DNA of 64,000 bases from Lentimicrobiaceae bacterium (GTDB lineage Bacteria; Bacteroidota; Bacteroidia; Bacteroidales; UBA4417). The position numbers and the translations under genes were made by a program. Location: positions 5,905 through 69,904 of the forward strand of contig JBGSUB010000003.1 of assembly GCA_041753535.1 (NCBI GenBank). Direction: 5' to 3'. The notes beneath the pieces were generated by a model that did not search any database, was not told the origin of the DNA, and was given only the letters and a program-made list of their open reading frames with translations. Below, piece after piece: positions 27,931-38,420 of the stretch. The stretch's first letter is position 1; the number at the start of each line of letters is the position of its first letter.

Positions 27931-29223
27931 ATGACTACTGATCTCAACCGGAAAACTCAGCCAACTATCAAACCTCCAAAGCGGATTGATTTTCCGCAAC
28001 CTGAAATTTACCGGCTGAAAAACGGAATTCAAGTCCACCAGTTCAACGCAGGTGCACAGGATGTGATTTCCATCGAGATGGTTTTTAAAGCCGGAAGCTG
28101 GTTTCAGGATAAACCATTTACAGCCATGGCTACCAACCTGATGTTGCGCGAAGGAACCAGGAATTATACAGCCAGGGAGTTATCCGAATCGCTCGACTTT
28201 TTTGGTGCTCATTTCGAAAATACCGCTGAGCGCGACAATGCCTATGTCACTCTGTATTCGCTGAACAAGCACCTTGATAAAACCTTGCCATTGCTGAGCG
28301 AGATTGTTAAAAATCCGATTTTTCCGGAAAACGATTTTAATGTGGTGGCCGGCAAACAGCTTCAGCAGCTTGAAGTAAACCGGCAAAAAGTGAATTTCCT
28401 TGCCCGGACACATTTTAATTCTTTCATTTTTGGAAAAAATCATCCATACGGAATGTTTCTTGTCCCCGGCGATATCGGAAAAGTAACAAGCCTCGACCTG
28501 GCAGCTTTTCATAAGTCGCAGTATCATTCAGGCAATTGTACCATTGTTGTTGCAGGGCTTATCAAACCCGGGCTGATTGATGCTCTTGAATCGCATTTCG
28601 GAGGAAATGACTGGAGCGGCATACCAGCAGTACAATTATATTCTGAGTTAAACGGCTCAGATCAAAAGAATCATTTCATTGCCAAAGAGGGAGCCATGCA
28701 GTCGGCTATCCGGATGGGTTGCCTGGCATTCGGTCATTCTCACCCCGATTTTGCCGGAATGAAAGTGTTGAATGCCATACTTGGAGGTTATTTCGGATCG
28801 CGGCTGATGACCAATCTCAGGGAGGACAAAGGGTATACGTATGGAATTGGTTCGGCTTTGGTGCCGCTGCTCAGGGGAGGATACTTCGTAATTTCGGGAG
28901 AAGTAGGTGCTGAAGTAACAAAACAGGCGCTTTCCGAAATAAAATCAGAGCTCAGCCGTTTATGTGATGAACAGGTTCCCGAAAGCGAGCTTTCACTGGT
29001 GCGTAATTATTTGCTTGGAGAGATGCTCAGGTCGGTTGACGGCCCTTTTGCTCAGGCTGGCCTTTACCGCGAACTGATCGAAGACAACCTGGATATTTCA
29101 CATTTTTACAAATTGATTGATACGGTTCAACATATAAATGCTCAGCAATTGCAGGACCTTGCAATCAGGTACCTGAAACCTGAGGATTTATTTACACTGG
29201 TCGTTGGGCCACATGAAGTTTAA
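27931..29223 (+). CDS. M16-family peptidase-like protein, non-catalytic partner
   Basis: Same two-domain fold and length; no HxxEH motif; start set at MTTDLNRK. Confidence 0.8.
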   Translation: MTTDLNRKTQPTIKPPKRIDFPQPEIYRLKNGIQVHQFNAGAQDVISIEMVFKAGSWFQDKPFTAMATNLMLREGTRNYTARELSESLDFFGAHFENTAERDNAYVTLYSLNKHLDKTLPLLSEIVKNPIFPENDFNVVAGKQLQQLEVNRQKVNFLARTHFNSFIFGKNHPYGMFLVPGDIGKVTSLDLAAFHKSQYHSGNCTIVVAGLIKPGLIDALESHFGGNDWSGIPAVQLYSELNGSDQKNHFIAKEGAMQSAIRMGCLAFGHSHPDFAGMKVLNAILGGYFGSRLMTNLREDKGYTYGIGSALVPLLRGGYFVISGEVGAEVTKQALSEIKSELSRLCDEQVPESELSLVRNYLLGEMLRSVDGPFAQAGLYRELIEDNLDISHFYKLIDTVQHINAQQLQDLAIRYLKPEDLFTLVVGPHEV

Positions 29224-29279
29224 TAACGATATTTGTATTACCGGTCATGGTAATTGAACATACGAAACAAAGTACCTGT

Positions 29280-31175
29280 ATGAGCAGAATTTTAGTTTTG
29301 CTGTTTGTTTTTTTGTTTATGAGCATTTGTGCTGGTTCAGCAGTTGTTGATCATAATGTGCGGGGAAGTGATATATCCCAAAGCGGTTACCCAATGCGTT
29401 ATCAGACTATTGAATTACCGGGTGCTGCTTTAGTTTGTCCATCCGGTTTTGCAGTTCCTCCTGTAATCACTCTTACGGGCATAGATTTTGAGTCGCGTAT
29501 TGCACAGCTTAGCTGGACAGCTACTCCTCCGCCGATTGATGGTACTTTTTATGTTGAGCGCGAAGTGGCATCATCCGGGACATGGGTTATTCTTGATCAA
29601 CTACCGTATAATGCTGTTCTTCAGTATAATGATACTATATCATCTCCTTATTGTGCCTCGACTGATTTCTCATACCGCATTCGTTTTGAAGGCACAGTTT
29701 TAGGAGACGCAGCTACCTCAAATACCTCTGATTTGCTCTTATGGGACCAAACCAACCCGGTGAATGTAAAGGATATCATCGTAAGTATTAGTAACAGCCA
29801 TCCTTTAGTAACCTGGCAGCAGGTGACAGGCGATTCAATATCGGGATACGAAATAAACCGTTTTAATGGGTTCAGCTGGCAACCGATTCTTCCTGCAATG
29901 TCGTCCGACTCGAACTCCTTTCTTGATATAGCCGTTACTGATGGCTGCGATAAATCATATACATACGAAATTATTGTCATTGACCAATGCAATAATCGCA
30001 GTGTGCCGGCCTATACACCCAGGCATACCATAAAACTTGATTTGCCCCCGATTGATGAGTGCGAGCGGCTGGCAAAATTATCGTGGAATGCATATACTGC
30101 GATGCCGGGCGGATTGGGTGGATACAGGGTGTACCGGGAAGATAACGGGGTGATTGTTGAAATAGCTAACTTGACTGATACATTGCTTACCTCGTACAAT
30201 GATGATTACACTTTCGAAAATGGCCATAACTATATTTACTATGTCCAGGCCTATAGTGCTTCAGGTACGGGAATTTCAACATCCTGCAGGGAAGGCTCTG
30301 CTTTCACCGGGGCCAGTATCCCGGATTCAATTTATATTACAAAAGTCAGCGTTGAAGGCAACAGCGGTATCCGCTTAAGCTATTACAGTTCTCCGGTAAA
30401 AACTGTTAAAACACTGATTATTGAGCGTTCGGATGACGGAATCACTTTTCAGGCTATTGACTCTATATCAGTTCCGGGAGATTTCGTGCCACAGGAATCA
30501 TACTTCCAGGATGAAACTGCTGACCCCGGCAGCCAGAGTTACTTCTACCGTCTTAAAACTGTTGATTACTGCGGAACCAATATACTTATTTCAAATATTT
30601 CGCGATCCGTTTTTCTTCAGTGTACCTCTTCGTCCACGCAGAATAACCTTGACTGGAACACCTATCAATCATGGCTTAAAGGCGTTGAAGGGTACAAAGT
30701 TTACCGCACGGTTGACGGGCAGCCTACAGCCGGCGAACTCCTGGGCAGCGTAACACCGTTAACTCAATCATTTCCCGATGTGCTGGCAGGCGTTGATCCT
30801 ACCAAGCAGGTTTGTTATTGGGTTGTTGCCGCCGAAAATCCGGGCAATCCTTATTTAGCTGATGCCACTTCAGTATCAAATACATGCTGTATTGTTAAGG
30901 GTGCCACTTTATTTATGCCAAATGCATTTCGTCCGGCTGGTATCAACAACAGGTTCAGGCCGGTAGCTACTTTTGTAGACCCGATGAAGTTTAAGATGAT
31001 CCTTTTCAGCAGGTGGGGGCAGCAGTTTTTCGAAACCACCGATATGGTGAACGGCTGGGATGGCACAATTAGCGGAAACGCTGCCCCACAGGGATTATAC
31101 GCGTATATAATTACCTATACATCCTACGGGGGACAGGAATACACACAGCGCGGAACGGTTTATGTCGTGAAGTAG
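29280..31175 (+). CDS. Secreted protein with gliding-motility-associated (T9SS type-B) C-terminal domain
   Basis: Signal peptide MSRILVLLFVFLFMSICAGSA; repeated Fn3-like ~90-aa modules; C-terminal LFMPNAFRP...NRF.P....F....IFSRWGQ..FE.....GWDG...G......G.Y.Y. Confidence 0.85.
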   Translation: MSRILVLLFVFLFMSICAGSAVVDHNVRGSDISQSGYPMRYQTIELPGAALVCPSGFAVPPVITLTGIDFESRIAQLSWTATPPPIDGTFYVEREVASSGTWVILDQLPYNAVLQYNDTISSPYCASTDFSYRIRFEGTVLGDAATSNTSDLLLWDQTNPVNVKDIIVSISNSHPLVTWQQVTGDSISGYEINRFNGFSWQPILPAMSSDSNSFLDIAVTDGCDKSYTYEIIVIDQCNNRSVPAYTPRHTIKLDLPPIDECERLAKLSWNAYTAMPGGLGGYRVYREDNGVIVEIANLTDTLLTSYNDDYTFENGHNYIYYVQAYSASGTGISTSCREGSAFTGASIPDSIYITKVSVEGNSGIRLSYYSSPVKTVKTLIIERSDDGITFQAIDSISVPGDFVPQESYFQDETADPGSQSYFYRLKTVDYCGTNILISNISRSVFLQCTSSSTQNNLDWNTYQSWLKGVEGYKVYRTVDGQPTAGELLGSVTPLTQSFPDVLAGVDPTKQVCYWVVAAENPGNPYLADATSVSNTCCIVKGATLFMPNAFRPAGINNRFRPVATFVDPMKFKMILFSRWGQQFFETTDMVNGWDGTISGNAAPQGLYAYIITYTSYGGQEYTQRGTVYVVK

Positions 31176-31284
31176 GCAAAGTCCGGTAATTTGGGTATTA
31201 TATATATCAGAAATATTGATTTTCAGCTATATAAAGGGGGTTAAAACCTTAAGAAATTTTAACAAGGACTTCCGTTAAAATTAG

Positions 31285-31292
31285 TAAATTTG
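31285..31292 (+). promoter_or_regulatory. -7 promoter box (TAnnTTTG) for guaB
   Basis: TAAATTTG, 18 nt upstream of ATG 31311; the ORF-track TTG start (31290) lies inside the box. Confidence 0.5.
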
Positions 31293-31310
31293 CAGATTCA
31301 AAAAAAAGCT

Positions 31311-32780
31311 ATGTTCATTGATAATGAAAAATTTGCAGGTGAAGGCCTCACTTACGATGACGTCCTTCTCATTCCTGGTTATTCTGAGGTTCTTCCGCGT
31401 GATGTAGATACTTCTTCCTGGTTTTCGCGAAAAATTAAAATCAATATACCTATTGTATCTGCTGCCATGGACACGGTTACTGATTCAACCATGGCCATCG
31501 CCATAGCACAGGAAGGCGGAATAGGAGTATTGCATAAAAACATGAGCATACAGGATCAGGCAGCCGAAGTTCGAAGGGTTAAGCGTTCGGAAAGCGGTAT
31601 GATCACTGATCCTATTACTCTAAAACAGGATGCGCTGGTTGAAGATGCGACCACCATCATGCGTGAGAATAAAATCGGCGGTATTCCCATTGTAAGCAAT
31701 GATGGTAAACTGGTAGGTATTATCACGAACCGCGATCTTCGTTTCGAGCGCAATCCCCTCAAACCCATAGCCGAAATAATGACCCGCGAAGGTCTGATTA
31801 CAACGAAGCCGCTAACAACTCTCGAAGAAGCTTCAGATATTTTACAGGAACATAAAATTGAGAAATTGCCCGTGGTGGATGCTGACAATAAACTTGTCGG
31901 CCTTATTACCTATAAAGATATTATGAAAATAAGGGCGCGCCCAAACGCCTGTAAGGATGAACTGGGTCGTTTACGCGTGGCAGCCGGCGTCGGTGTTACT
32001 TCTGATGTGCTGGAGCGTGTTGCTGAACTCGTGAAAAATGGTGTAGATGCAGTTGTAATTGACACTGCGCATGGGCATTCAAAAGGTGTAATTGAAACGG
32101 CAAAACTTGTTAAAAAGCATTTCCCTGACCTGCAACTTGTAGTTGGCAATATTGCGACTGCTGAAGCCGCCCGGGCATTGGCCAATATCGGTGCTGATGC
32201 TGTGAAAGTAGGGATTGGCCCGGGTTCAATATGCACAACACGTGTTATCGCCGGGATTGGAATTCCTCAACTGTCAGCTATTTATGCTGTTGCAAAAGAA
32301 CTTCGCGGTTCGGGAATTCCCGTGATTGCAGATGGCGGTATCCGTTATACCGGCGATATTGTGAAGGCTATTGCAGCCGGCGCCTACAGCATCATGGCTG
32401 GCTCATTGTTTGCCGGTGTTGAGGAATCACCAGGCGAAACCATTATCTACGAAGGACGTAAATTCAAATCATACCGCGGAATGGGCTCTATCGAAGCCAT
32501 GCAAAAAGGATCAAAGGACCGCTATTTCCAGGATGCTGAAGATGATATTAACAAACTTGTTCCAGAAGGGATAGTAGGCCGTGTTCCTTTCAAGGGATCA
32601 CTTAACGAGGTGATACACCAGATGGTAGGCGGATTACGTGCAGGCATGGGATATACCGGTTCAGCCGATATTGCAGGCCTCCAGGGCGCTAAATTTATAA
32701 AAATAACTTCCTCGGGTGTGGTCGAAAGCCATCCTCACGATATTACCATTACCCGCGAAGCACCAAATTACAGCAGGTAG
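31311..32780 (+). CDS. guaB: IMP dehydrogenase
   Basis: [13 protein letters not shown], tandem CBS insert, catalytic loop [11 protein letters not shown]. Confidence 0.97.
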   Translation: MFIDNEKFAGEGLTYDDVLLIPGYSEVLPRDVDTSSWFSRKIKINIPIVSAAMDTVTDSTMAIAIAQEGGIGVLHKNMSIQDQAAEVRRVKRSESGMITDPITLKQDALVEDATTIMRENKIGGIPIVSNDGKLVGIITNRDLRFERNPLKPIAEIMTREGLITTKPLTTLEEASDILQEHKIEKLPVVDADNKLVGLITYKDIMKIRARPNACKDELGRLRVAAGVGVTSDVLERVAELVKNGVDAVVIDTAHGHSKGVIETAKLVKKHFPDLQLVVGNIATAEAARALANIGADAVKVGIGPGSICTTRVIAGIGIPQLSAIYAVAKELRGSGIPVIADGGIRYTGDIVKAIAAGAYSIMAGSLFAGVEESPGETIIYEGRKFKSYRGMGSIEAMQKGSKDRYFQDAEDDINKLVPEGIVGRVPFKGSLNEVIHQMVGGLRAGMGYTGSADIAGLQGAKFIKITSSGVVESHPHDITITREAPNYSR

Positions 32781-32793
32781 CGGGTTGTTTATT

Positions 32794-32930
32794 GAGAATA
32801 GAAAATAGAGAATTAGGGTACAAGGAAACAGGAATCTGGAAACAGGAAATGCATATTTAACCATTTTCCATTAACTATTTTCCATTAACCATTAACCACT
32901 AACCAATTAACAAATAACCACTAAACAAAC
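32794..32930. repeat. Purine-rich arm (32794-32851) opposed to pyrimidine-rich word-repeat arm (32861-32930)
   Basis: GAGAATAGAAAATAGAGAATTAGGG...GGAAACAGGAAATG versus CCATTTTCCATTAACTATTTTCCATTAACCATTAACCACTAACC.... Loop-proximal pairing GGAAATG / CATTTTCC. Similar CCATTAAC/TTAACTATT words occur at 1058-1086 and 15982-16038. Confidence 0.7.
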
Positions 32931-32978
32931 AAAGCCCGGAAGTAACTCCGGATACCTAAACAATAATTTTCAACTACT

Positions 32979-34970
32979 ATGAAACGGACAATTTTAAACG
33001 CTTCTTTAACCTTATTAATTGGAATTTTCGCGCTATCAGCTTTCAGTCAGAGTAATGACCCTGTACTTCTGCAGGTAGCAAACGAAAAAGTTACTAAAAA
33101 TGAGTTCATTAAAGTTTTTGAAAAAAACAATACACAGGGCGAAAAGCCTGATAACAAAGCAATTGAAGAATACCTAGATCTTTTTATCAACTTCCGCCTT
33201 AAAGTAACCGAAGCAAAAAACTTAGGCATGGATACGGTGAAATCATTCCGCGACGAACTGGCAGGTTACCGCAAGCAGCTGGCACAGCCTTACCTTGCCG
33301 ATAACCTTATGAACGACAGGTTAGTCCAGGAAGCTTACGATCGTAAGAAGTATGATGTACGCGCCAGTCATATCCTGGTTCGTGTTGATAAAATGGCTGC
33401 TGCTGCCGATACTCTTTCAGCATGGAATAAAATAATGCAGATACGCAAGCGTATCATCAAGGGCGAGGATTTTGGCAAAGTAGCAGCCGATGCTTCGGAA
33501 GACCCTTCGGCAAAAGACCGGGATGCCAACGGTCAAAAAGTAAAAGGTAACCAGGGAGACCTGGGCTTTTTTACAGCATTCGATATGGTATACCCTTTCG
33601 AGTCAGCTGCTTATAATTCGAAAATAAACGAAGTCACCATGCCTGTCCGCACCGATTTCGGCTACCACCTGATAAAAGTAACGGATAAAATTCCGGCTTT
33701 GGGAAAAGTTCAGTTGGCTCATATCATGCTGGTGTTCCCAGTAAAAGGAACACTCGACGATTCACTTAAAGTTGCTGATTCAGCTAACCTGGCCTATAAG
33801 TTTTTAAAAAGTGGCAGCGATTTCGGGGATATTGCTAAAAAGTTTTCGGATGATGCTTCAACTTCGGGCAAAGGTGGCGTATTACCCTGGTTCGGTGTAA
33901 ATCGTTTGTTGCCTGAATTTACAATCAACGTGCAGAAACTGAAACAAAAAGGAGATTATTCCGAGCCATTTCAAACCAGTTATGGCTGGCATATAATCAA
34001 GCTTGTTGACCGTAAACCGATAGGAAGTTTCGATGAGGAAAAAGATGAAATTTCAAAACGCATACCGCGCAGCGACAGGAACATGGAAATTCAGAATTCG
34101 TTTATCGTCAAAACCAAAGCAAACTATGGCTTTACTGAGAATTCAGCGGCACTGACTGAACTTACAAAAACGGTTACCGACTCTATCTTTACAGCAAGCT
34201 GGAAAGTGGAACAGGCTGCCGGATTAGATAAAAATTTATTTACCATCGGAACCAAAACTTACACACAAGCTGACTTTGCCAGGCATTTAGCAACCACACA
34301 GCGTAATGGTCAGAAAAGTGATATCGCAGCTTATGTTCAGCAGCAGTATAACATCTTTGTGAATGAAGCGATCGTAAAATATGCCGATAGTCAGCTCGAA
34401 AGCGAAAAACCAGATTTCAAGGCGCTCATCAGTGAGTATCACGATGGTATTCTGCTATTTGATCTTACCGACAAAAAAGTCTGGTCGAAAGCAGTAAAAG
34501 ACACAGTTGGCTTGCAGCAGTATTACGAAGCGAACAAGAATACCTATATGTGGGAAACAAGACTCGATGCTTCAATTATCACCATTAAGGATCCATCCAT
34601 CATAAAAGCACTTAAAAAACAATTGAAAAAGGGAGTTCCGGATGATCAGATCCTGGCAAAATATAATCACGATACCATTCAGAAGGTCACCATCGAACGA
34701 AAGAAATTCCTGAAAGGTGAAAATATGAACCTCCAGAATGTGGAATGGAAACCAGGCATTTCGGAAATGATGCCTTTAGCTGATAATGAGAATGTCATAG
34801 TAGTAGTTCATGCTGTAGTTCCTCCTGAACCGAAACTTCTCAGCGAGATTCGCGGTGCCATGACTGCCGACTACCAGAACTACCTCGAGAAAGAATGGAT
34901 CAGCGAACTCCGCGCCAAATACAAGGTTGAGGTAAACCGCGAAGTATTTGATACACTTCTCACACACTAA
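32979..34970 (+). CDS. PpiC-type peptidyl-prolyl isomerase, PpiD/SurA-like periplasmic chaperone
   Basis: 663 aa, signal peptide; two parvulin signatures (DFGYHLIKV, SYGWHIIKL). Confidence 0.85.
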   Translation: MKRTILNASLTLLIGIFALSAFSQSNDPVLLQVANEKVTKNEFIKVFEKNNTQGEKPDNKAIEEYLDLFINFRLKVTEAKNLGMDTVKSFRDELAGYRKQLAQPYLADNLMNDRLVQEAYDRKKYDVRASHILVRVDKMAAAADTLSAWNKIMQIRKRIIKGEDFGKVAADASEDPSAKDRDANGQKVKGNQGDLGFFTAFDMVYPFESAAYNSKINEVTMPVRTDFGYHLIKVTDKIPALGKVQLAHIMLVFPVKGTLDDSLKVADSANLAYKFLKSGSDFGDIAKKFSDDASTSGKGGVLPWFGVNRLLPEFTINVQKLKQKGDYSEPFQTSYGWHIIKLVDRKPIGSFDEEKDEISKRIPRSDRNMEIQNSFIVKTKANYGFTENSAALTELTKTVTDSIFTASWKVEQAAGLDKNLFTIGTKTYTQADFARHLATTQRNGQKSDIAAYVQQQYNIFVNEAIVKYADSQLESEKPDFKALISEYHDGILLFDLTDKKVWSKAVKDTVGLQQYYEANKNTYMWETRLDASIITIKDPSIIKALKKQLKKGVPDDQILAKYNHDTIQKVTIERKKFLKGENMNLQNVEWKPGISEMMPLADNENVIVVVHAVVPPEPKLLSEIRGAMTADYQNYLEKEWISELRAKYKVEVNREVFDTLLTH

Positions 34971-34976
34971 AAGTAT

Positions 34977-35837
34977 ATGCTTCGTCAGCTAGCAATTATT
35001 TTGTTGCTCACCACCGTATTTGTATCCTGTGATTTGTTGCCCAAAAAAGATAGGAACAAAGAGGAAGCGATAGCGCGTGTGTATGAAAAATACCTTTATC
35101 CGGAAGACCTTTCAAATGTGATACCGTCAGGAACAAGCAAGAACGACAGTATAGAAATGACAACTGCCTATATTAACAACTGGGTACGGCAGGAACTTTT
35201 ACTCAGGCAGGCCGAAGATAACCTCGATGAAGCTAAGCGCGATTTCAGCACGCAAATAGAGCAGTACCGTAATTCGCTTATTATTTATGCATACGAATCG
35301 GAGTTGATCAGGCAAAAGCTGGATACAGTGGTTTCGATGACTGAAATTGAGAACTATTACAAGGAAAACCAAAATAATTTCCATCTGCGTGAAAACATTG
35401 TTCTGGCTAATTATGCAATACTCAGCAAAAATTCACCTGTTGCAACAAAGGTAAAAGCGTTACTAATCAGTAATCGTGAAGCTGATAAGGAAAAACTCCA
35501 TATCCTTTGCCAGGAAAACGGTGTGGATTATTTAATTAACGATGGCACCTGGATGTCCTTTGGCGATCTCACACGCAAGATACCGCTCGCGGTTGACGAT
35601 CAACAGGAATTCCTGAGCAGGAACAAATACTATGAAGTAAAAGATTCAACAACATTGTATTTTGTGGCTATCACCTCTTTTAAAACCAAGGAGAGCATTT
35701 CTCCTATGAATTTTGAGATTGAAAATATTCGCACCATTCTGTTAAATAAGAGGAAGGCAGAATTGCTTAATCGAATGGAAGAAGATATTTTCAGTGATGC
35801 TGTGAAACGAAGTAAATATGAAATATTAAAGAAATAA
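34977..35837 (+). CDS. Hypothetical lipoprotein, helical (SurA-N-like?)
   Basis: Lipobox LLTTVFVSC; embedded between two PPIase genes with 6- and 13-nt gaps. Confidence 0.45.
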   Translation: MLRQLAIILLLTTVFVSCDLLPKKDRNKEEAIARVYEKYLYPEDLSNVIPSGTSKNDSIEMTTAYINNWVRQELLLRQAEDNLDEAKRDFSTQIEQYRNSLIIYAYESELIRQKLDTVVSMTEIENYYKENQNNFHLRENIVLANYAILSKNSPVATKVKALLISNREADKEKLHILCQENGVDYLINDGTWMSFGDLTRKIPLAVDDQQEFLSRNKYYEVKDSTTLYFVAITSFKTKESISPMNFEIENIRTILLNKRKAELLNRMEEDIFSDAVKRSKYEILKK

Positions 35838-35850
35838 TTAGCCGATACAC

Positions 35851-37212
35851 ATGATAAAAAGAATGATAATTCCGGTTTTACTGATAGTGCTTTTCGCATC
35901 AGTAAATCAGGCCAAGGCTCAAAAAGAAAAAACGATTGACGAGATAGTAGCCCTGGTTGGAAGCCACCCAGTGTATTGGTCGGATGTTGAAGCCCAGTTT
36001 GCCCAGGCTCGTGCCCAGGGCATGGCAGGTGATCCTTATGCTTTGAGGTGCGAGATCTTCGAAAACCTGCTTTTTCAAAAACTCCTTGTTTACCAGGCAG
36101 AGATTGATAGCCTTGTGGTGGGTGACGACCAGGTGAACAGTGAACTCGACCGGCGGCTAAGGTATTATATTCAGCAGTTTGGCTCTCAACAAAAACTCGA
36201 GGAGTTTTATGACAAATCTCTTGATGAATTCAAAAATGAACTCCGTGAACCTCTTCGGCTCGAGATTCTTTCACAAATGGCTCAGGGCAAGATAGTAGAT
36301 AATGTGAAAATTACTCCCAACGAAACAAAAGAATACTTCACCAATATCAAGCCCGACAGTATTCCGATAGTTCCTACGGAATATGAGATTGGTCAGATTG
36401 TAAAAAACCCGGTGGTTGGCCCTGCGCAGCTTAAAGAAGCACGAGAAAAACTTTCGACCCTCCGCGACCGCATAGTGAAAGGCGAGAAATTCTCAACCCT
36501 GGCGGTTTTGTATTCCGAAGATCCGGGTTCGGCATCCAAAGGAGGCGAACTTGGTCTTTTCAGCCGGGGATCCATGGCTCCTGAATTCGAATCCTCAGCG
36601 TTCAACCTTAAAAATAAAAATGATATTTCCGAAATCATAAAAACAAAATTCGGATACCACCTTCTGCAATTGATTGAGCGTAAGGGCGAATTCGTTAATG
36701 TGAGACATATACTTATTATTCCCAAAGTATCGCCCGACGACTTGCTGGCTGCAGCCAACAAACTCGATAGTATCGCCGATAAAGTCAGGGCCGATTCGCT
36801 TACATTCGAAAAAGCAGCTTTGCGCTACAGCGACGATCCTGGTAAAGTAAATGGTGGCCTGATTCAAAGCCAATCTTCTGGGAATACAAGCCTTGCTGCT
36901 GATGAACTCGACCCTAAAGTTTTCTTTGTAATTGATAAAATGAAACCGGGCGAAATATCGGCCAGCGTACCATACACTACCGAAGACGGAACCCAGGCCT
37001 ACCGCGTATTGTACCTTAAAAAACGTACCGAGCCTCACAAAGCAAATATGAAGGACGATTATAATAAGATTCAGGAGTGGGCACTCGAAGATAAAAAGAT
37101 GAAGGTTATTTCGAAGTGGGTCGAAACTAAATCGAAAACAGCTTATATCCGTATGGGCGAAAGGTTCCAGTCCTGCGATTTCAGGAATAACTGGACGTTT
37201 ACTGAGAAATAG
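35851..37212 (+). CDS. surA: SurA-like periplasmic chaperone / PPIase
   Basis: 453 aa, signal peptide, SurA_N-like helical region plus parvulin domains (KFGYHLLQLIER). Confidence 0.7.
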   Translation: MIKRMIIPVLLIVLFASVNQAKAQKEKTIDEIVALVGSHPVYWSDVEAQFAQARAQGMAGDPYALRCEIFENLLFQKLLVYQAEIDSLVVGDDQVNSELDRRLRYYIQQFGSQQKLEEFYDKSLDEFKNELREPLRLEILSQMAQGKIVDNVKITPNETKEYFTNIKPDSIPIVPTEYEIGQIVKNPVVGPAQLKEAREKLSTLRDRIVKGEKFSTLAVLYSEDPGSASKGGELGLFSRGSMAPEFESSAFNLKNKNDISEIIKTKFGYHLLQLIERKGEFVNVRHILIIPKVSPDDLLAAANKLDSIADKVRADSLTFEKAALRYSDDPGKVNGGLIQSQSSGNTSLAADELDPKVFFVIDKMKPGEISASVPYTTEDGTQAYRVLYLKKRTEPHKANMKDDYNKIQEWALEDKKMKVISKWVETKSKTAYIRMGERFQSCDFRNNWTFTEK

Positions 37213-37254
37213 TAAAAGGAAAATTGAAAAATGGTATTAATTATCAAAAATTAG

Positions 37255-37320
37255 CCCACCCTAAATCCTAACCCCTAACTCCCAACCCCTAACTCCCAAC
37301 CCCTGACTCCCAACCCCTGA
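37255..37320. repeat. 14-nt tandem repeat AACCCCTAACTCCC (3.6 copies); G-quadruplex-capable on the minus strand
   Basis: 37270-37283, 37284-37297, 37298-37311 (one T>G change), 37312-37320 partial. The minus strand reads GGGG-TT-GGG-AGTCA-GGGG-TT-GGG-AGTTA-GGGG-TT-GGG-AGTTA-GGGG. Confidence 0.9.
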
Positions 37321-37382
37321 AAATTTTATAGTAATAGAAGATATGGGTAACGGGGAAAAGTTTATCTAAAGAAGCAACAAAT

Positions 37383-38351
37383 ATGATTCAATATAAGTCA
37401 GATACAGAAGCACTCAATGAATTTTCAAACAAATATAATGCATTACGCTCCGAAATCGGTAAAGTGATTGTAGGGCAGGATGAAGTTGTTAAAAACCTTC
37501 TGATCGCTATTTTCTCGAGAGGCCACGCATTGCTGGTAGGTGTTCCTGGCTTAGCTAAAACCCTGATGGTTAATACTTTGTCGCAAGTTCTTGGACTTAC
37601 TTACAGCCGAATTCAGTTTACCCCCGACCTGATGCCTTCTGACATTATCGGAACCGAAATCCTCGACGAAGAGCGCAAATTCCGTTTTATACATGGACCC
37701 GTTTTTGCCAATATTATTCTTGCCGACGAAATTAACCGTACACCACCCAAAACCCAGAGTGCATTGCTCGAAGCCATGCAGGAAAAAGCGGTGACTGTTG
37801 CCGGTGTAAGCCACAAATTAGATGAACCGTTCTTTGTACTTGCCACACAAAATCCAATTGAGCAGGAGGGAACCTATCCTTTGCCCGAGGCGCAACTCGA
37901 CAGGTTTATGTTCAACATCTGGCTAGGATATCCGAGTTTTGAGCAGGAAATCCAGGTGGTAAAAAATACGACCACCATGCATTCCGCCACATTAAACATT
38001 ATTCTTACTGCCGAAGAAATCAAGTATTTCCAGGATTTAATACGTCGGGTTCCGGTAGCAGATAATGTATATCAGTATGCAGTGAAGCTGGCTTCCATCA
38101 CACGTCCGGGCACACCTCTGGCACATGCATGGGCAAACAGTTACCTTACCTGGGGAGCGGGGCCGCGCGCATCGCAGTACCTTATTCTCGGGGCTAAATG
38201 CCATGCCGCAGTGATGGGAAAATACTCTCCTGATATTGCCGATGTGCAGGCAGTGGCAACGTCAATACTTCGTCATCGTATAGTCCGAAACTATAAAGCT
38301 GAGGCCGAAGGGATAAAAGAGGACGATATTATCAATGAGTTGATGAAATAG
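37383..38351 (+). CDS. MoxR-family AAA+ ATPase
   Basis: Walker A GVPGLAKT, Walker B ILADEINR, QNPIEQEGTYPLPEAQLDRF. Confidence 0.93.
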   Translation: MIQYKSDTEALNEFSNKYNALRSEIGKVIVGQDEVVKNLLIAIFSRGHALLVGVPGLAKTLMVNTLSQVLGLTYSRIQFTPDLMPSDIIGTEILDEERKFRFIHGPVFANIILADEINRTPPKTQSALLEAMQEKAVTVAGVSHKLDEPFFVLATQNPIEQEGTYPLPEAQLDRFMFNIWLGYPSFEQEIQVVKNTTTMHSATLNIILTAEEIKYFQDLIRRVPVADNVYQYAVKLASITRPGTPLAHAWANSYLTWGAGPRASQYLILGAKCHAAVMGKYSPDIADVQAVATSILRHRIVRNYKAEAEGIKEDDIINELMK

Positions 38352-38420
38352 ATCCGGACCATTACTTTTCGTATATAGTTATTCAAATATTGTATATATT
38401 TGAATGATTAATATTTGGCC

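Noticed and set aside
37255-37320. Telomere-like CCCTAA/CCCCTAAC repeats
   Set aside because: They are internal, short and flanked by ordinary operon genes on both sides. There is no evidence of a linear replicon end. They are treated as a G4-capable tandem repeat instead.
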